Shown here in pieces: positions 12,516 to 25,019 of a stretch of 64,000 nucleotides of DNA (position 1 is the first letter of the stretch; every line of letters begins with the position of its first letter). Source of the DNA: Octopus sinensis (Eukaryota); contig NC_043019.1 in the NCBI RefSeq assembly GCF_006345805.1, positions 23,993,360-24,057,359 on the forward strand, in the 5' to 3' direction. The notes beneath the pieces were generated by a model, which saw only the letters and a list, made by a program, of their open reading frames with translations, was not told where the DNA came from and searched no databases. A program made the position numbers and the translations under genes.

Positions 12516-12623
12516 CTAGGTTCAGAATGCACTTGCCCCTCTTAATATCGAGTCCAAAGTTTTCTGGTGTCCGATTAATGCATGATTAATGCGCGCGCAT
12601 ACTCACATGTAGAAACATGCATG

Positions 12624-12624
<1 letters not shown>

Positions 12625-12673
<49 letters not shown>

Positions 12674-12701
12674 AGAGAGAGAGAGAGATTAATTGAGATA
12701 G

Positions 12702-12773
<72 letters not shown>

Positions 12774-13100
12774 GTAGGTAGATAGATAGATAGGTAAGTA
12801 GGTAGATAGGTAGGTAGGTAGGTAGGTAGGCAGAAGGCGAGGGAGCGAGAGACAGAGAGAGAGAAAGAGAGGAATTAGTAGATAGATAGATGGGAAGATA
12901 GGGATAGAGGGAGAGGGAGCGAGAGAGAGAGAGAGAGAAAGAGAGGGAGTGAGAGGAGCGAGAGAAAGAGAGAGAGGGAGAGGGAGCGAGCGAGAGAGAA
13001 AGAAAGAGAAAGAGATTAATTGATATAGATACATAGACAGACAGGTAGGTAGACAGAGAGGGAGGGAGAGTGAGAGAGAGAAAGAGAACGAGTGAAGAAA
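12625..13100. repeat. Compound (GA)n/(GATA)n/(GGTA)n microsatellite
   Basis: Directly visible. Confidence 0.9.
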
Positions 13101-13448
13101 GAGACCAGAAAGAGAGAGGGAATGAGAGAATAAGGGAATAAGGAAATGTCTTAAAAGCAACACACCGAGTGTGTAGCGTGAACAGTTGGAGTTGTGTGAA
13201 GGGATAGGTGGTGGTGGTGGTGGTGGTGGTGATGGTATGGCTCAGTGAAGAATGGACAGGTAAAGAGGGATGGTGACGACGAAGAGGCAGTTATAAAAGG
13301 GAAAGGTCTCGTGTGGATATCAATTCAAAGGAGAAAAAGGAAAAGGCGAGGATAGTAAAAAAGGAACGAGTTGCTAAATATATTTCTGACAAAACACTAC
13401 CCAAGATATTTGTTCATGTCTGCCTTGTATGCATGTGTTTGAGAGATG

Positions 13449-13697
13449 GCTTATTTGTATATGTGTATGTATGCGGCGGCGCGCGCGTGTGTCTGTTTGT
13501 GCGTGCGTGCGTATTTGTGTGTGTGTGTGTGTATGTATGTGTGTATGCGTGTGTGTGTGTGTGTGTGTGGTGTGTGTGTGTGTGGTGCTGCATGTCTGAC
13601 TGTTTAATTCATTGTATGCGATTTTGCTTAGATGTGCTTATTTGTATATGTGTATGTATGCGGCGCGCGCGTGTGTCTGTTTGTGTGTGCGTGCGTA

Positions 13698-13731
<34 letters not shown>

Positions 13732-13916
13732 TATGCGTGTGTGTGTGTGTGTGTGTGGTGTGTGTGTGTGCTGCATGTCTGACTGTTTAATTCATTGTAT
13801 GCGATTTTGCTTAGATGTGCTTATTTGTATATGTGTATGTATGCGGGGCGCGCGTGTGTCTGTTTGTGTGTGCGTGCGTATTTGTGTGCGTGTGTGTGTG
13901 TGTGTGTATGTGTGTA

Positions 13917-13959
<43 letters not shown>

Positions 13960-14175
13960 CATGTCTGACTGTTTAATTCATTGTATGCGATTTTGCTTAG
14001 ATGTGCTTATTTGTATATGTGTATGTATGCGGCGCGCGCGTGTGTCTGTTTGTGTGTGCGTGCGTATTTGTGTGTGTGTGTGTGTGTGTATGTGTGTATG
14101 CGTGTGTGTGTGTGTGTGTGTGGTGTGTGTGCTGCATGTCTGACTGTTTAATTCATTGTATGCGATTTTGCTTGA
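13449..14175. repeat. Tandem repeat with a ~175-186-bp unit: conserved core plus variable (TG)n, about 4 copies
   Basis: Core GCTGCATGTCTGACTGTTTAATTCATTGTATGCGATTTTGCTT starts at 13587, 13770, 13956 and 14131. Confidence 0.9.
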
Positions 14176-14777
14176 TGTGTGTATCCTTTATGTGTTCGAG
14201 AGTTTGCAGAGAGACATGAGCGTGTCTTTCTTTATGTTCTTGTATGTGTGATGTATGTATATCTCTATTTGTGAGTGAGTGTATATATGTAGGTAGGCCC
14301 GTCTCCATTGGCAGTATGTGTCTGTATTGTATTTCTTTATAGCAACATCTGTGTTCATCGGAGCATGTCGGTGTTTATCTTTTGGCGTATGTATGTGTTT
14401 CGGCGAGTGTTTCTAAAGTCATATGTGTTTGATGTTTGTATCTGTCTGTATTTATTTGTAGTTTGTATATATTTCTGTGTAAATGCGGTTTTTTTTTATA
14501 AAAAAAAAAAAAAAAACTATATTGTGTTTGTACGCTCGTGCGTGTATTTGTGTTTATGTGTAAGGGATCGCATGTGTTTGCGTATATGCGTGCGTGTTTG
14601 TGTGTATGTATGAGTCTGTAAAGTATTGAAAAGCCGTATTTTAGAAGCAAGTGAACACATGGTGAAAAAGCATCAACTACGGCTGTATGGTTGAGATACT
14701 AACTTCTCTGCCATATTAAGATCCAGATTCAATCCAACGGAGAGGTACTTGGGTGGAAAGTGTCTTCTAAACGCACG

Positions 14778-14808
<31 letters not shown>

Positions 14809-15101
14809 AGACACACACACACACACAGACACACACACACACACACACACACACGCGCGCGCATGCACACACACTCGCACATGCGCGTACATGTAGATAT
14901 ATAAATATGTGTGAATATGTGTACATTCTTCAGTTCGCGTTATCCATAGTGATCGAGGCCATGCTGGAGTACCATCTTTTTGTGTGCATATATCTCTCGT
15001 CGTTGTAAACATCGGCGAGAAAACCGAAAAACCGATACTTTCCGATTGGACTTTTTGAGATAGTTGTTCTGCAGCGAATTACATAGACACTCCCTTCTCA
15101 C

Positions 15102-15164
15102 TCTTGCAGCTGGATATGCAGTGATCCACTGGTTCAGTTCACTAGAAATTTGTAACAAACGACG
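15102..15164 (-). CDS. Weak candidate upstream exon of the minus-strand gene
   Basis: aatAG|RRLLQISSELNQWITAYPAAR|GTGAGA, phase 0 to 0. An alternative donor at 15039 extends it with VRRECLCNSLQNNYLKKSNRK. The acceptor is pyrimidine-poor. Confidence 0.25.
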
Positions 15165-15237
15165 CTATTGTTGATCAGTTGCGATTTAAATGCAAACTTA
15201 TATGAGTCTTTTGTATGGAAAAATGATAAACCCTGAT

Positions 15238-15268
<31 letters not shown>

Positions 15269-15485
15269 CCGAGCGTGCACGTGCCCAAAGTATAAGATAA
15301 TGTAATATGATATAATATATATATGTATATATATACATGCATGTGTAAGTGTGTGTGTCTACGTGCGCGCGCGAGTGTCTGCGTTTTTGATAAGTGCTAA
15401 CGCACGGATCTCTCGGGTACTTGAGTCACTCTACTGGTTCTGCTTAAGAATAATAGTAATGATAATAATAATAATAATAATAATA

Positions 15486-15547
<62 letters not shown>

Positions 15548-16299
15548 CATACTTGCATACACACACATACATCATATATAGGTCTGTATGTTTGTATGAA
15601 TGTATATATATATATAATTCTACTCTTCGTTCTTTCGTTTCCCCCCTCTCACATTTCCCTGCCTTCTCTTCTTGCTCACTTTCCCTCCTCTTTTCACTTC
15701 ACTGTTTCCCTGTCATTTTTTTCTCACCCCTCCTTAATTCTTCTGTCCCTCTGCCTCTACTTCTATCTCTTCTCTCCCCACGTGACCGGTGTTCGGCCAA
15801 GCCTGATCTTTCTTTCTTTGTTCGGCCGTCGTCCGTGCAACATCTATATTCCTCCCTGTACCTGTGATACCATATATCCCTGCCGTAAGGCTTTATTTCC
15901 ATATACGCCAGCTTAATTTAATTCGTCCTTAGTCGAAAGACACCTGTTGTTATGTCCTGTTATTTATATTTGTGTAACATTCTCCGTTTTTTTTCGGTCC
16001 GTGCTTTCGTATACTTCGCTGCTTTCTTCCAAGGAATCTAATGCTCTTAGCTTAGTTTTTCCTTGGGGCTGGCCAGATTGGAACAATCTCGAGTATAAAC
16101 AGCTGAAATTGTAAAGATAAACTGGAACTCTACTGAGGAAAGAAAACTCTGAATGACACGTCCTTGTTTTCTTTGTATCGTATATCTGGGTGTTTTGTTG
16201 TCCCCTTTTCCCCTTTTTGTATCACCTAGCAGTCTAGATATTTTGCCTTCTTGTTCCATTTTGTATTACACACACACACACACACACACACCACACACA

Positions 16300-16354
<55 letters not shown>

Positions 16355-16369
16355 ATTTAATAGCAGTTT

Positions 16370-16610
16370 AATAACAGCTCCATGCACCTATCTCGTCAGA
16401 CATCATGAGAAGCGTAAAGGAATATGGGACAAATTCAAGATCGCTTCTAGATTGTAGGTCTCTTTTGGTCAACTATCAACATGATATCATTGGCCGGGAC
16501 TTTGACCTGCTGAAAGATTTTGCGGTTGGTAATGTGTCATCTCTACGCTCATTTATGGCTCAGAAACTTGGGTATTGTGCAGGAAGCAAGGCAAGCTGCT
16601 AAAACGCTAA
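16370..16610 (+). mobile_element. Decayed RTE-clade LINE fragment
   Basis: SFGQL and STLIYGSETWVLCRK match the LLYGSETW motif of RTE ORFs. Confidence 0.45.
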
Positions 16611-16645
16611 AACGCTAAGCCGCTTCCATCATATACATGTGTGTG

Positions 16646-16686
<41 letters not shown>

Positions 16687-16944
16687 GTGTGTGTGTGTTG
16701 TGTGTGTGTGTGTGTTGTGTGTGTGTGTGTGTGTGTGTATGTATAATAAGATAATGAGATTCAAATGGTCGTGGTAAAAACAGTTTGTTTGCCACTAGCA
16801 TAAACATTGCTGGTCTAGAAAACACAAATAACTAACATCCCGTTTAGTATTATGACATTTCCACTATGGCGCCGTTTTTCAGCTTTATAACTGTATAGGG
16901 AAAACATTAATCACATACATACATACACACACACATACTTACAT

Positions 16945-18815
16945 TGCTGCTATAGAGAGACTCACAAAGACATGGGCAACAATTCTTAACCCTTACATAT
17001 GAGAACAGAATAATTGTTTCTGATAGTATAGGCATTTCAAAAGGAATATTCCAGGGAGATAGTCTTTCTGTACTTTTTAACATTTTGGCACTGAATCCAT
17101 TATTATTCCAACTGCAGAAAACCAATGGCTACACGCTAGGATCTTCAACTGCTAGAAATATCAATGTAACTCATAATTTCTAAGTAGACGATCTCAAGAT
17201 TTATGCTAAAAGTGTTAACAATGCCAAAAAACAACTGGATTTAATAACATTTTCAGCTGATATAAGCATGGACTTTAGTCAAAAGAAATGTTCATATTTG
17301 GTTATAGAACGAGCAAAGTCAGTCCACCAAACTCAAAACCTGTGCATCAACGGTCTCTCTATCTCCCCCATTCCAGACAAAGAATGTTACAAATACCTTG
17401 GCATAGATGAAAATGTATAAAGTGAATAAAGATAGAGTGACCCGATAATGTTACATCAGACTTAGGAAAATATGGCAGTCGGAACACTCCTCTCACAACA
17501 AAACATTATCCCACAATGCATTTGCAGTACTAATGTTGATCCCAACATTTGGGATACTTATTGGTCTGTAGAGGAAATCCACTCCATAGATATCAAAACC
17601 CGCAAAATCCTGACAACTGGGAACTTCCACAGAAACAGAGATGTTGACAGGCTCTACCTAAGAAGAAATGAAGGTGGTAGAGGTTTGAGATCGGGGCAGA
17701 CGGTCTTCGAATGCCGTATGGTATCACTCATGCAGCACCCAATGAACAACAGCAGCAAAAAGAAATATATTAATGCAGTACTGAAAAGTGAAGTGAGCAA
17801 CATCGTAGGAGTAGGCAGTGAACTCCTCAAGAAACACTGCCTGATGATCTCTTATACAGCCCCAAAACAGCTGGACTCTCTTACCTCAGAGAAGACCTGG
17901 ATGAAAAGCACTGAGCATACAAAAAAAAAAAAAACCATGCATAGGTATGTTGCTCGGAAGCTTGAAGAAGACAGTAGAATTGACACAAAGCGCAGCCTCT
18001 CTTGGACGCAAGACCACTACATCACATCACACTTTGAAGGCTATGAGTTTGCAATCCAGGAACAGGGGATTGCCACAAAGTACCTGGTGAACAAGAGAGA
18101 CAGTAACGCTCTTGCAATCTCAAGGTGCAACCGCATATGTAGGCTATGTCATGTTTCTGTGGAAGACGTCACGCATGTGAATAACAGCTGTCCTAAAATG
18201 TCGTCACGGTACTACCACCTTATGCGGCCCGATGTTGTTGCTAAAACAATTTACAATGCCATCCGCAAAAAATACTGTCCTGAAATAAACTTAGAAAATC
18301 CCTCTGTTATGGAATACGTTCAAAAACGCCAACTCAAGGAATACTGGTGGAATATTCCCATCAAAACTTCTGTCAAAAGTAAACATAACAGGCGGGTTAT
18401 TGTTGTTTGGGACAGAGGGGTATGTACCATCTTAGTGGTTAGCTGCCCTGCAGATATAAATATCTCTTTGAAAATCAAAGAAAAAGAGGATATCTATGGA
18501 CAACTGCTTCGAAACCTCCAGCTTCTATTTCCAGACCATGAATTCATATTCATACCAATAATAATTGGAGCACAAGGTTTTGTTAATAAATATTTAAAGG
18601 AGCATTTGGATTAACTGGGATTTTCAGAAAGAGAAATCGACCGGTTAACTCGTACATTACAAATGCATTCTATGAGTGGAACAGTAAAATATGCAAGACT
18701 TTTCTCAAGTTCCAAATGTGAATATGTCTGTGTTAACTACATCCCAAAGATGGAGCCTTGTATCTTTGTTTGAAAGCGACTCCCTCCTCAGTCGAAGATT
18801 TATGATAATTAAAAA
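16945..18815 (+). mobile_element. 5'-truncated R4/Dong-like RLE non-LTR retrotransposon (RT 3' half, CCHC, RLE), pseudogenised
   Basis: GIFQGDSLS, F*VDDLKIYAK, RLYLRRNEGGRGL, CRLC..EDVTHVNNSC, YWWNIPIKT, KHNRRVIVVWD, VSCP..NI..KIKEKEDIY. Includes the 380-aa ORF 17472-18614; in-frame stops are present and the RHD and RPD motifs are degenerate. Confidence 0.88.
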
Positions 18816-19312
18816 ATAGAAGAGACTACATAATACATACACACATACATACATGCAGACATACACATTTTCAAAGAAAAAACATCTTCGATCGAATTAG
18901 TTACATTTTTAAAAATGAAAGTGGTGTCGTGAGTTGTACGTCTATGCAGCATGAAAAGTTGTTTTCAGCCGATCCGAGGAATTGCACAGCATACGGAACA
19001 CACACGCACACAATATGGGGGGGGGGCACCTTTCAGTTTGAAGACGGGGAACAGCGGAAGTTATCGATGATTATAGAATAGAAATCTACTATAATATATA
19101 CCCAACAGAATGAAAGTGTAAATAAAAGTGAAGGCTTAAATAATATTATGAGTCAATATATAGCTAGATGAGTAAAAGAATAAACAATAACATGAAAATA
19201 AATTATTCAAAGAAACATCTTAAATAGAGCGTTGGAATTATTCAGCAATCGTTTTCTCTCTTTAAGTTAGTACACGTGTATGAACATCTTTACAATATGA
19301 GAAAATCAAGTG

Positions 19313-19355
<43 letters not shown>

Positions 19356-19383
19356 TAGTAAGAGAGAGAGAGAGGGAGAGATA

Positions 19384-19424
<41 letters not shown>

Positions 19425-19904
19425 CGAGAGCGAGAGGGAGAGAGAGAAAGAGTAAGTGAAAGTGAGGAAGAATAAATAAAATCGAATTTCAGCCTCCACA
19501 ATTATTCTTTCTGGTAGCTTGCTACACGGTGACTAAAACTTTGCCTATGTGAAAGGTGGGGCAACAAACAGTCCTAAATAGAAGCAGATAAATAAAAAGC
19601 AATGTTTTAAGAATAAAATGTTATTGAGGAAGAAAAATACAAAAGTTTTTCTTCAAAATGGGTGGAATAAATGGTTTATTGCTTATTTATATTGCTTAAT
19701 CTCTCTCTCTCACATACACACATAATCATCCAACCGTACATGCCCGTATACACACATACAGCCCTTTGTAGGCATGCATGTAGGCACATATATGTGTACA
19801 TACATACATGCATGCATACATACATATATACATACATACATACATACATACATACATACATACATACATACATACATACATACATACATACATCTGCTCT
19901 CCAT

Positions 19905-20460
19905 CAAGGAGAGCAGATAAAGCAGGACTAGATAGTCGAGCGATTGTTGTCCTGCAAGGAAGCCTTGGTGCCGACTACAGTAAGTTGCCTTGCCTTCTGC
20001 CCTTCCCTCAATGATAGTTGACCTCCCACTGACAATCTTATTCTAAACGTTCTAAAAATATAGAAATCTGGAGCAAAGAAGAAAACCGATCCTGCCCAGC
20101 AAGGAAGGGTAACTCTTTGTACATTGAGTCTGAATCACATTTTAACCGGATATTCTAAAGCACTGAGGAAGGTCGATAATAGTGGAAGCCTGAGAAAGCT
20201 ATTACAGAAATTACCAAATGGATGGACCTGCAGAGAGTTAAAATCTAGAAACAGCATCAAAATTCACCACCCAAAGATGTCAATTTCATCAGGGAAGGTG
20301 ATAAGTGCTTGTAGAAAGTTCAATTCCTATTCTGCAAAGAGCCTTTAACAGAAAATGAAAGTAGACCTGGAAGGAAGGCTTTTCTTTCCAGATGTGGTAG
20401 TAACATTGCTCCAGCCAGATATAATTCTTGGATCTTTTCTATTTGGTTGCAGCTGTGGAA
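19905..20460 (+). mobile_element. Decayed HERO-like RLE non-LTR retrotransposon fragment
   Basis: YDS*PPTDNL, SLNHILTGYSKAL and VDLEGRLFFPDVVVTLLQPDIILGS; similar to the element at 38700-39720. Confidence 0.55.
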
Positions 20461-21206
20461 ATTTCACAGTTTATTGAAAATTTTTAAATTTGGTACATTA
20501 ATGTAGCTTTCCAAGTTGAATCTCAGGAGATATTTCACTTTTTCCAGAAAATTTTTTGAGGTTTAAAGTTTGATCATTTTCATCCAGTCAGAAAACAGAA
20601 TTTGGAAGCTGTCATTTTGTGCATAAGATGTTTTAATATGAAACTGTAAATAAATCAACTTCTGCTTTACGCACGACGCCTCATCACTTTATTTTTGGGA
20701 ATTTTCAGAAAACTTTTGCAAATTTGCATTCTACACTCGAGAATTCATACAATTATGCAACCCCCCCCCCAAAAAAAAAGAAATTGTGGGGTGCGTGATT
20801 TTTATTTTTAGCATATCTCTCGACCAGGGTATAAGCACAGAACACAGCATCGACGCTCATGGTTTCGCATAAAATATATTTGTCAACACGTGCTATCTTA
20901 CAGGCAAAAGATTTGTAATTAATCGACCGGTTAATTCGTACATTACAAATGCATTCTATGCTTGTTACTATGGAAACAGGCACCAGTGTGTCTGTGGTTT
21001 ACGATTAGCTAAAATTAACCAAAATGTACTAGCTTTAAAAGCTAATAACTCTTTATTTATTGATTTGTGGCGAAAATGAATTTCATGGCATTGATTAGCA
21101 TATAAAACTACATCATTACACTGATTATGAAATCAATTCGAAAAGAAATTGAAGAAATTGAAAATTGGCAGCGAAATAGAAAAGGTTCTAATTCTTTTAT
21201 CCAGGG

Positions 21207-21207
<1 letters not shown>

Positions 21208-21300
<93 letters not shown>

Positions 21301-21312
21301 CACACACACACA
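21208..21312. repeat. (CA)n microsatellite
   Basis: Directly visible. Confidence 0.95.
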
Positions 21313-21366
21313 TCTGTTAGATTCCAATAAAATAGGCACGTAAGTGTTTCTATGAGAAGGTCTCAC

Positions 21367-21517
21367 GGTATCCATCGCTGGAAATCGACTGCGAAATATT
21401 GCTGTTTCGTGCTTTTTAAAATATTCCATTACGATATTGTTAGAGGCAACTGAGGAGGCATTTTCAGAGACTATGGCTGCACACAATCTCGATTCGTTAG
21501 CTTGGCTTTGAATACAA
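21367..21517 (-). CDS. Candidate upstream exon of the minus-strand gene
   Basis: Acceptor tagtatctctgcAG and donor ACC|GTGAGA; 151 nt, phase 2 to 0; CIQSQANESRLCAAIVSENASSVASNNIVMEYFKKHETAIFRSRFPAMDT is phase-compatible with 12515. No transposon motif recognised. Confidence 0.35.
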
Positions 21518-21979
21518 CTGCAGAGATACTATTAACATCGATATTCTCTTCAAAAAGCTATCAATATGTAAGGGTTATTTTGTTTTTTAAAGATATTTAA
21601 ACGGTATCAGCAACTGAAGCTGGCAGTGCTATCAATACAATTAATAACATCACAAAAGTAATATAAACTGAAAATTATTACAAAATCTTCTGTGAAATTT
21701 GAAGAAGAAATAAACGTATTAGGAGACGGACAGAGAGTAGCATACAACTTTGTCGAGACACGTTGTTAAGAATCTACTCTTCTCAATCATTGTTTCAAGT
21801 TTCAATCCCAATGGAGATTTTTCAGTAGAGTATTTAATTGAGTAATCATTGTCTACATTTTCAGATTGTTGGCACATTGTTCACCCTTCCAGAAAAATAC
21901 GTTCTATTGGTTGAACAAACTGATATTCTATAATTCTTTACCAATTTAAGCATTAGGTAATATTTGTAAATATTGTAAA

Positions 21980-22208
21980 GGCGACGAGCTGGCAGAATCG
22001 TTAGTACACCGGACGAAATGCTTAGCGGCATTTCGTCTGTCGCTACGTTCTGAGTTCAAATTCCGCCGATGTCGACTTTGCCTTTCATCCTTTCGGGGTC
22101 GATTAAATAAGTACCAGTTACGCACTGGGGTCGATATAATCGACTTAATCCGTTTGTCTGTCCTTGTTTGTCCCTTCTGTGTTTAGCCCCTTGTGGGTAG
22201 TAAAGAAA
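21980..22208 (+). mobile_element. Full-length family A (Nin-domain) SINE
   Basis: GGCGACGAGCTGGCAGAATCGTTAG head and GAGTTCAAATTCC B box; 20-bp flanking duplication TAGGTAATATTTGTAAATAT (21954-21973, 22209-22228). Confidence 0.9.
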
Positions 22209-22985
22209 TAGGTAATATTTGTAAATATCTGCAGTTCAATATTTCATATTTAAAAAAAAAATGTTTATGCCTGTAATTATTACAAGTGAATATAGAGTAG
22301 ATATGAAAAGTAACGTTTATTCAAAAGAACCATCTGTTTGTAAAAGAAACATGTAAAAGACGTGTGTAATGTATTATCAAGTATCAACGTTTAACATTAA
22401 GATACATCATTTGTTATAAAGATACTCCAGTCTTCTGATGAAATATTGTCTACTGTTTAGTTGATTAAGTGAAGAAAAAGCTTTCATATAATAGATGAAT
22501 CTTACTGCATCTATTAATAAGATGATCTCTGTGTAAATATTTTCTTTCACACCTGTTGGTTGTTGCGAGTATTTTCTTTCACACTAGTAAATATTTTCTG
22601 TCACCTAAGTCAATTGTTGAGTAAATATCTCTTTCGAAGTAGTTGATTGTTGAATAAATATCATCGTACGAATTCATTACGCAGTAATTTAGCGCTTTTG
22701 AAATTATATGATTGTTGGTAAATATTTACTATCAGATTTTCTGCTTAAATGTTGGTTCCCATTGTTTTATTGTCGGAAGAATATTTTCAGGTTTTCAAAT
22801 TATAATGGAAACATCTAATAATAAATGGAATTTTTATGTATTCTCAAAGTTGTATTATTGTTTAAGACAAAAAAACAACAGCTTTGTATTCTAATTGAGC
22901 GAGAGAAAGAGAGAGAGAGAGAGAGAAAGAAAGAGTGAGAAAGAGATAGAGATAGATAGATAGATAGATAGATAGAGATAGAGAT

Positions 22986-23026
<41 letters not shown>

Positions 23027-24013
23027 CGACAAATTGTAAAATATCTTATGAGTGATACCAGATATTTAACGGTTGGTAGAAAATATTCGGATTATATTTC
23101 TATAATATTTATTTAAATTTTTAGTTTTGATTAAATTTTAATTACAGCTTAATTGAATTTGATGTGATAAGTTATACTACAGATAATACGTTGCGAGTAA
23201 TCGTCATCTATAACAGGAATAGCTAGAAAACACTCGCAGCTTAGAACTTAGCTTAAGAGATCATGGCAATTAGAAGTCGGCAGGAATTATCTTGTATAAA
23301 TTTCAAAGTTCTTCCTCTTTTTGAGATACATGTTAAAGAGTTCATATAAATGAACATGACAAGGTTGAGTAGGTGTAAAGAAGCTAAAAGAATGAGCAAA
23401 ATGTTGCAGTTGGAATACTTCCGGGGACATTTGATTTACTAGAAACAGATGATAAAATATATTTCTACAATATTCATTCAAAAATTAAATATCAACAACG
23501 TAGAAAAAACGTAATGAAGGGAACCACTTAAAAGGAACCCCGAAGACCGTGTGATCAATAGGAACAAATTGCGATGAAGGGACAGGAAACGTTAAGAGCA
23601 AACGTTGTTGGTTAAAAGTCAAGAAAATATTTTAAAACTTTGATTTACGACGTACGTGTAGATTTTAGAGCGATATCGTATTATTTATGATTATAATTTA
23701 TTAAAAACTATCGGTAAATGCTAAGATATTTTAAGCTGCAAACTTAATACTAAGTTTTCTTTCGCTAACATATAGACTTTTCTTATTCTAGCAGATCGAA
23801 GAAATACATTTCTTTACGCAAATTTTACCTGCAATATTAAAAAGACGAATTTGACAATTTAAGTTGTCGGAAACCACCTCCACTTTTAGAAATATAATTT
23901 TTCATATATACACGAGGTGCACCCGGCTTTATTTTTCCTGCCAAAACAAATGCCGCAAACTCCTTTTGGTAGAAGGTGACATCACCCTTCATGGGCACCG
24001 GTAGGCTACATAA

Positions 24014-24096
24014 CTTAGAGTACAGACATGGAGTGCTGTTACGCTTAGAGTACAGACATGGAGTGCTGTTGCACTTAGAGTACAGACATGGAGTGC
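24014..24096. repeat. 30-bp minisatellite, about 2.8 copies
   Basis: CTTAGAGTACAGACATGGAGTGCTGTT starts at 24014, 24044 and 24074. Confidence 0.9.
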
Positions 24097-24925
24097 GCCC
24101 ACGTCGGATTTTCGTTTTCACCTAAGGCATCGAGTAGAGCTATTGCATCAAGTTTTTTTTTTTGTGTGTGTGTGTTTGTGCGTGCGTGCGTGCACGCATG
24201 TATGTATGTATGTATGTATGTATGTATGTATGTATGTATGTATGTATGTATGTATGTACGTATGTATGTATGTATGTATGTACGTGTGTGTGCATACACA
24301 CACATGCACACATGCATATAATGGTTTTCTGTAGCGCTCTGTCTAGGTGCCCCGTAGTGGTGCTGAAGAACACGGAACCATTCGGTTACAAGCCAAACTG
24401 AAAAACTACTCTGTCATTACACACACGTGTATATATATATATATACATACATACATACCATACTGTATTAAATGAATTAAAAGTATTCTATACGAATTGC
24501 AAACATTATTTAATAAAAAACTGAGTACGCTGGGAAGATGGATAGATTTGTACATCATATTAAAATCGGCAATCTAATATTAAGAATTAAGTGGCGCTTT
24601 GGGCTGTTTACGATGGGAAACATAGTTTGGATCCCATTCGACCTTCTACACCGTTTGATATCTGACGTTACAAGATTATTTATTTCAATTTTTTACTCAT
24701 TAATTTGAAAAAAAAAAAATGGTTCGCAAGTGTTTTCATTCGATTTCGCTCTACTGAAATATTTGTTGTAACAATTTTCTTATAACGAGGCTTGTTCAAT
24801 GGTATTTGTGTAAGATCATGAACTGTAGTTGAATAAATATTTAATTATGCAGAAGCCGCCTTTATACTGGTGTTCCTTATAAAAGAATTTTATTTCTGTG
24901 TGTGTGTGTGTGTGTGTGTGCGTGC

Positions 24926-24970
<45 letters not shown>

Positions 24971-25019
24971 GATGGAATGCAGCAAGCCTTCTGATTGCGT
25001 CCGCAAACCGGACTTTATC

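Noticed and set aside
16378-16528. Well-formed + strand exon candidate LHAPISSDIMRSVKEYG...
   Set aside because: It overlaps an RTE remnant (YGSETW motif in another frame).
24014-24096. CRISPR-like array
   Set aside because: Contiguous repeats without spacers, in eukaryotic DNA, with no cas genes.
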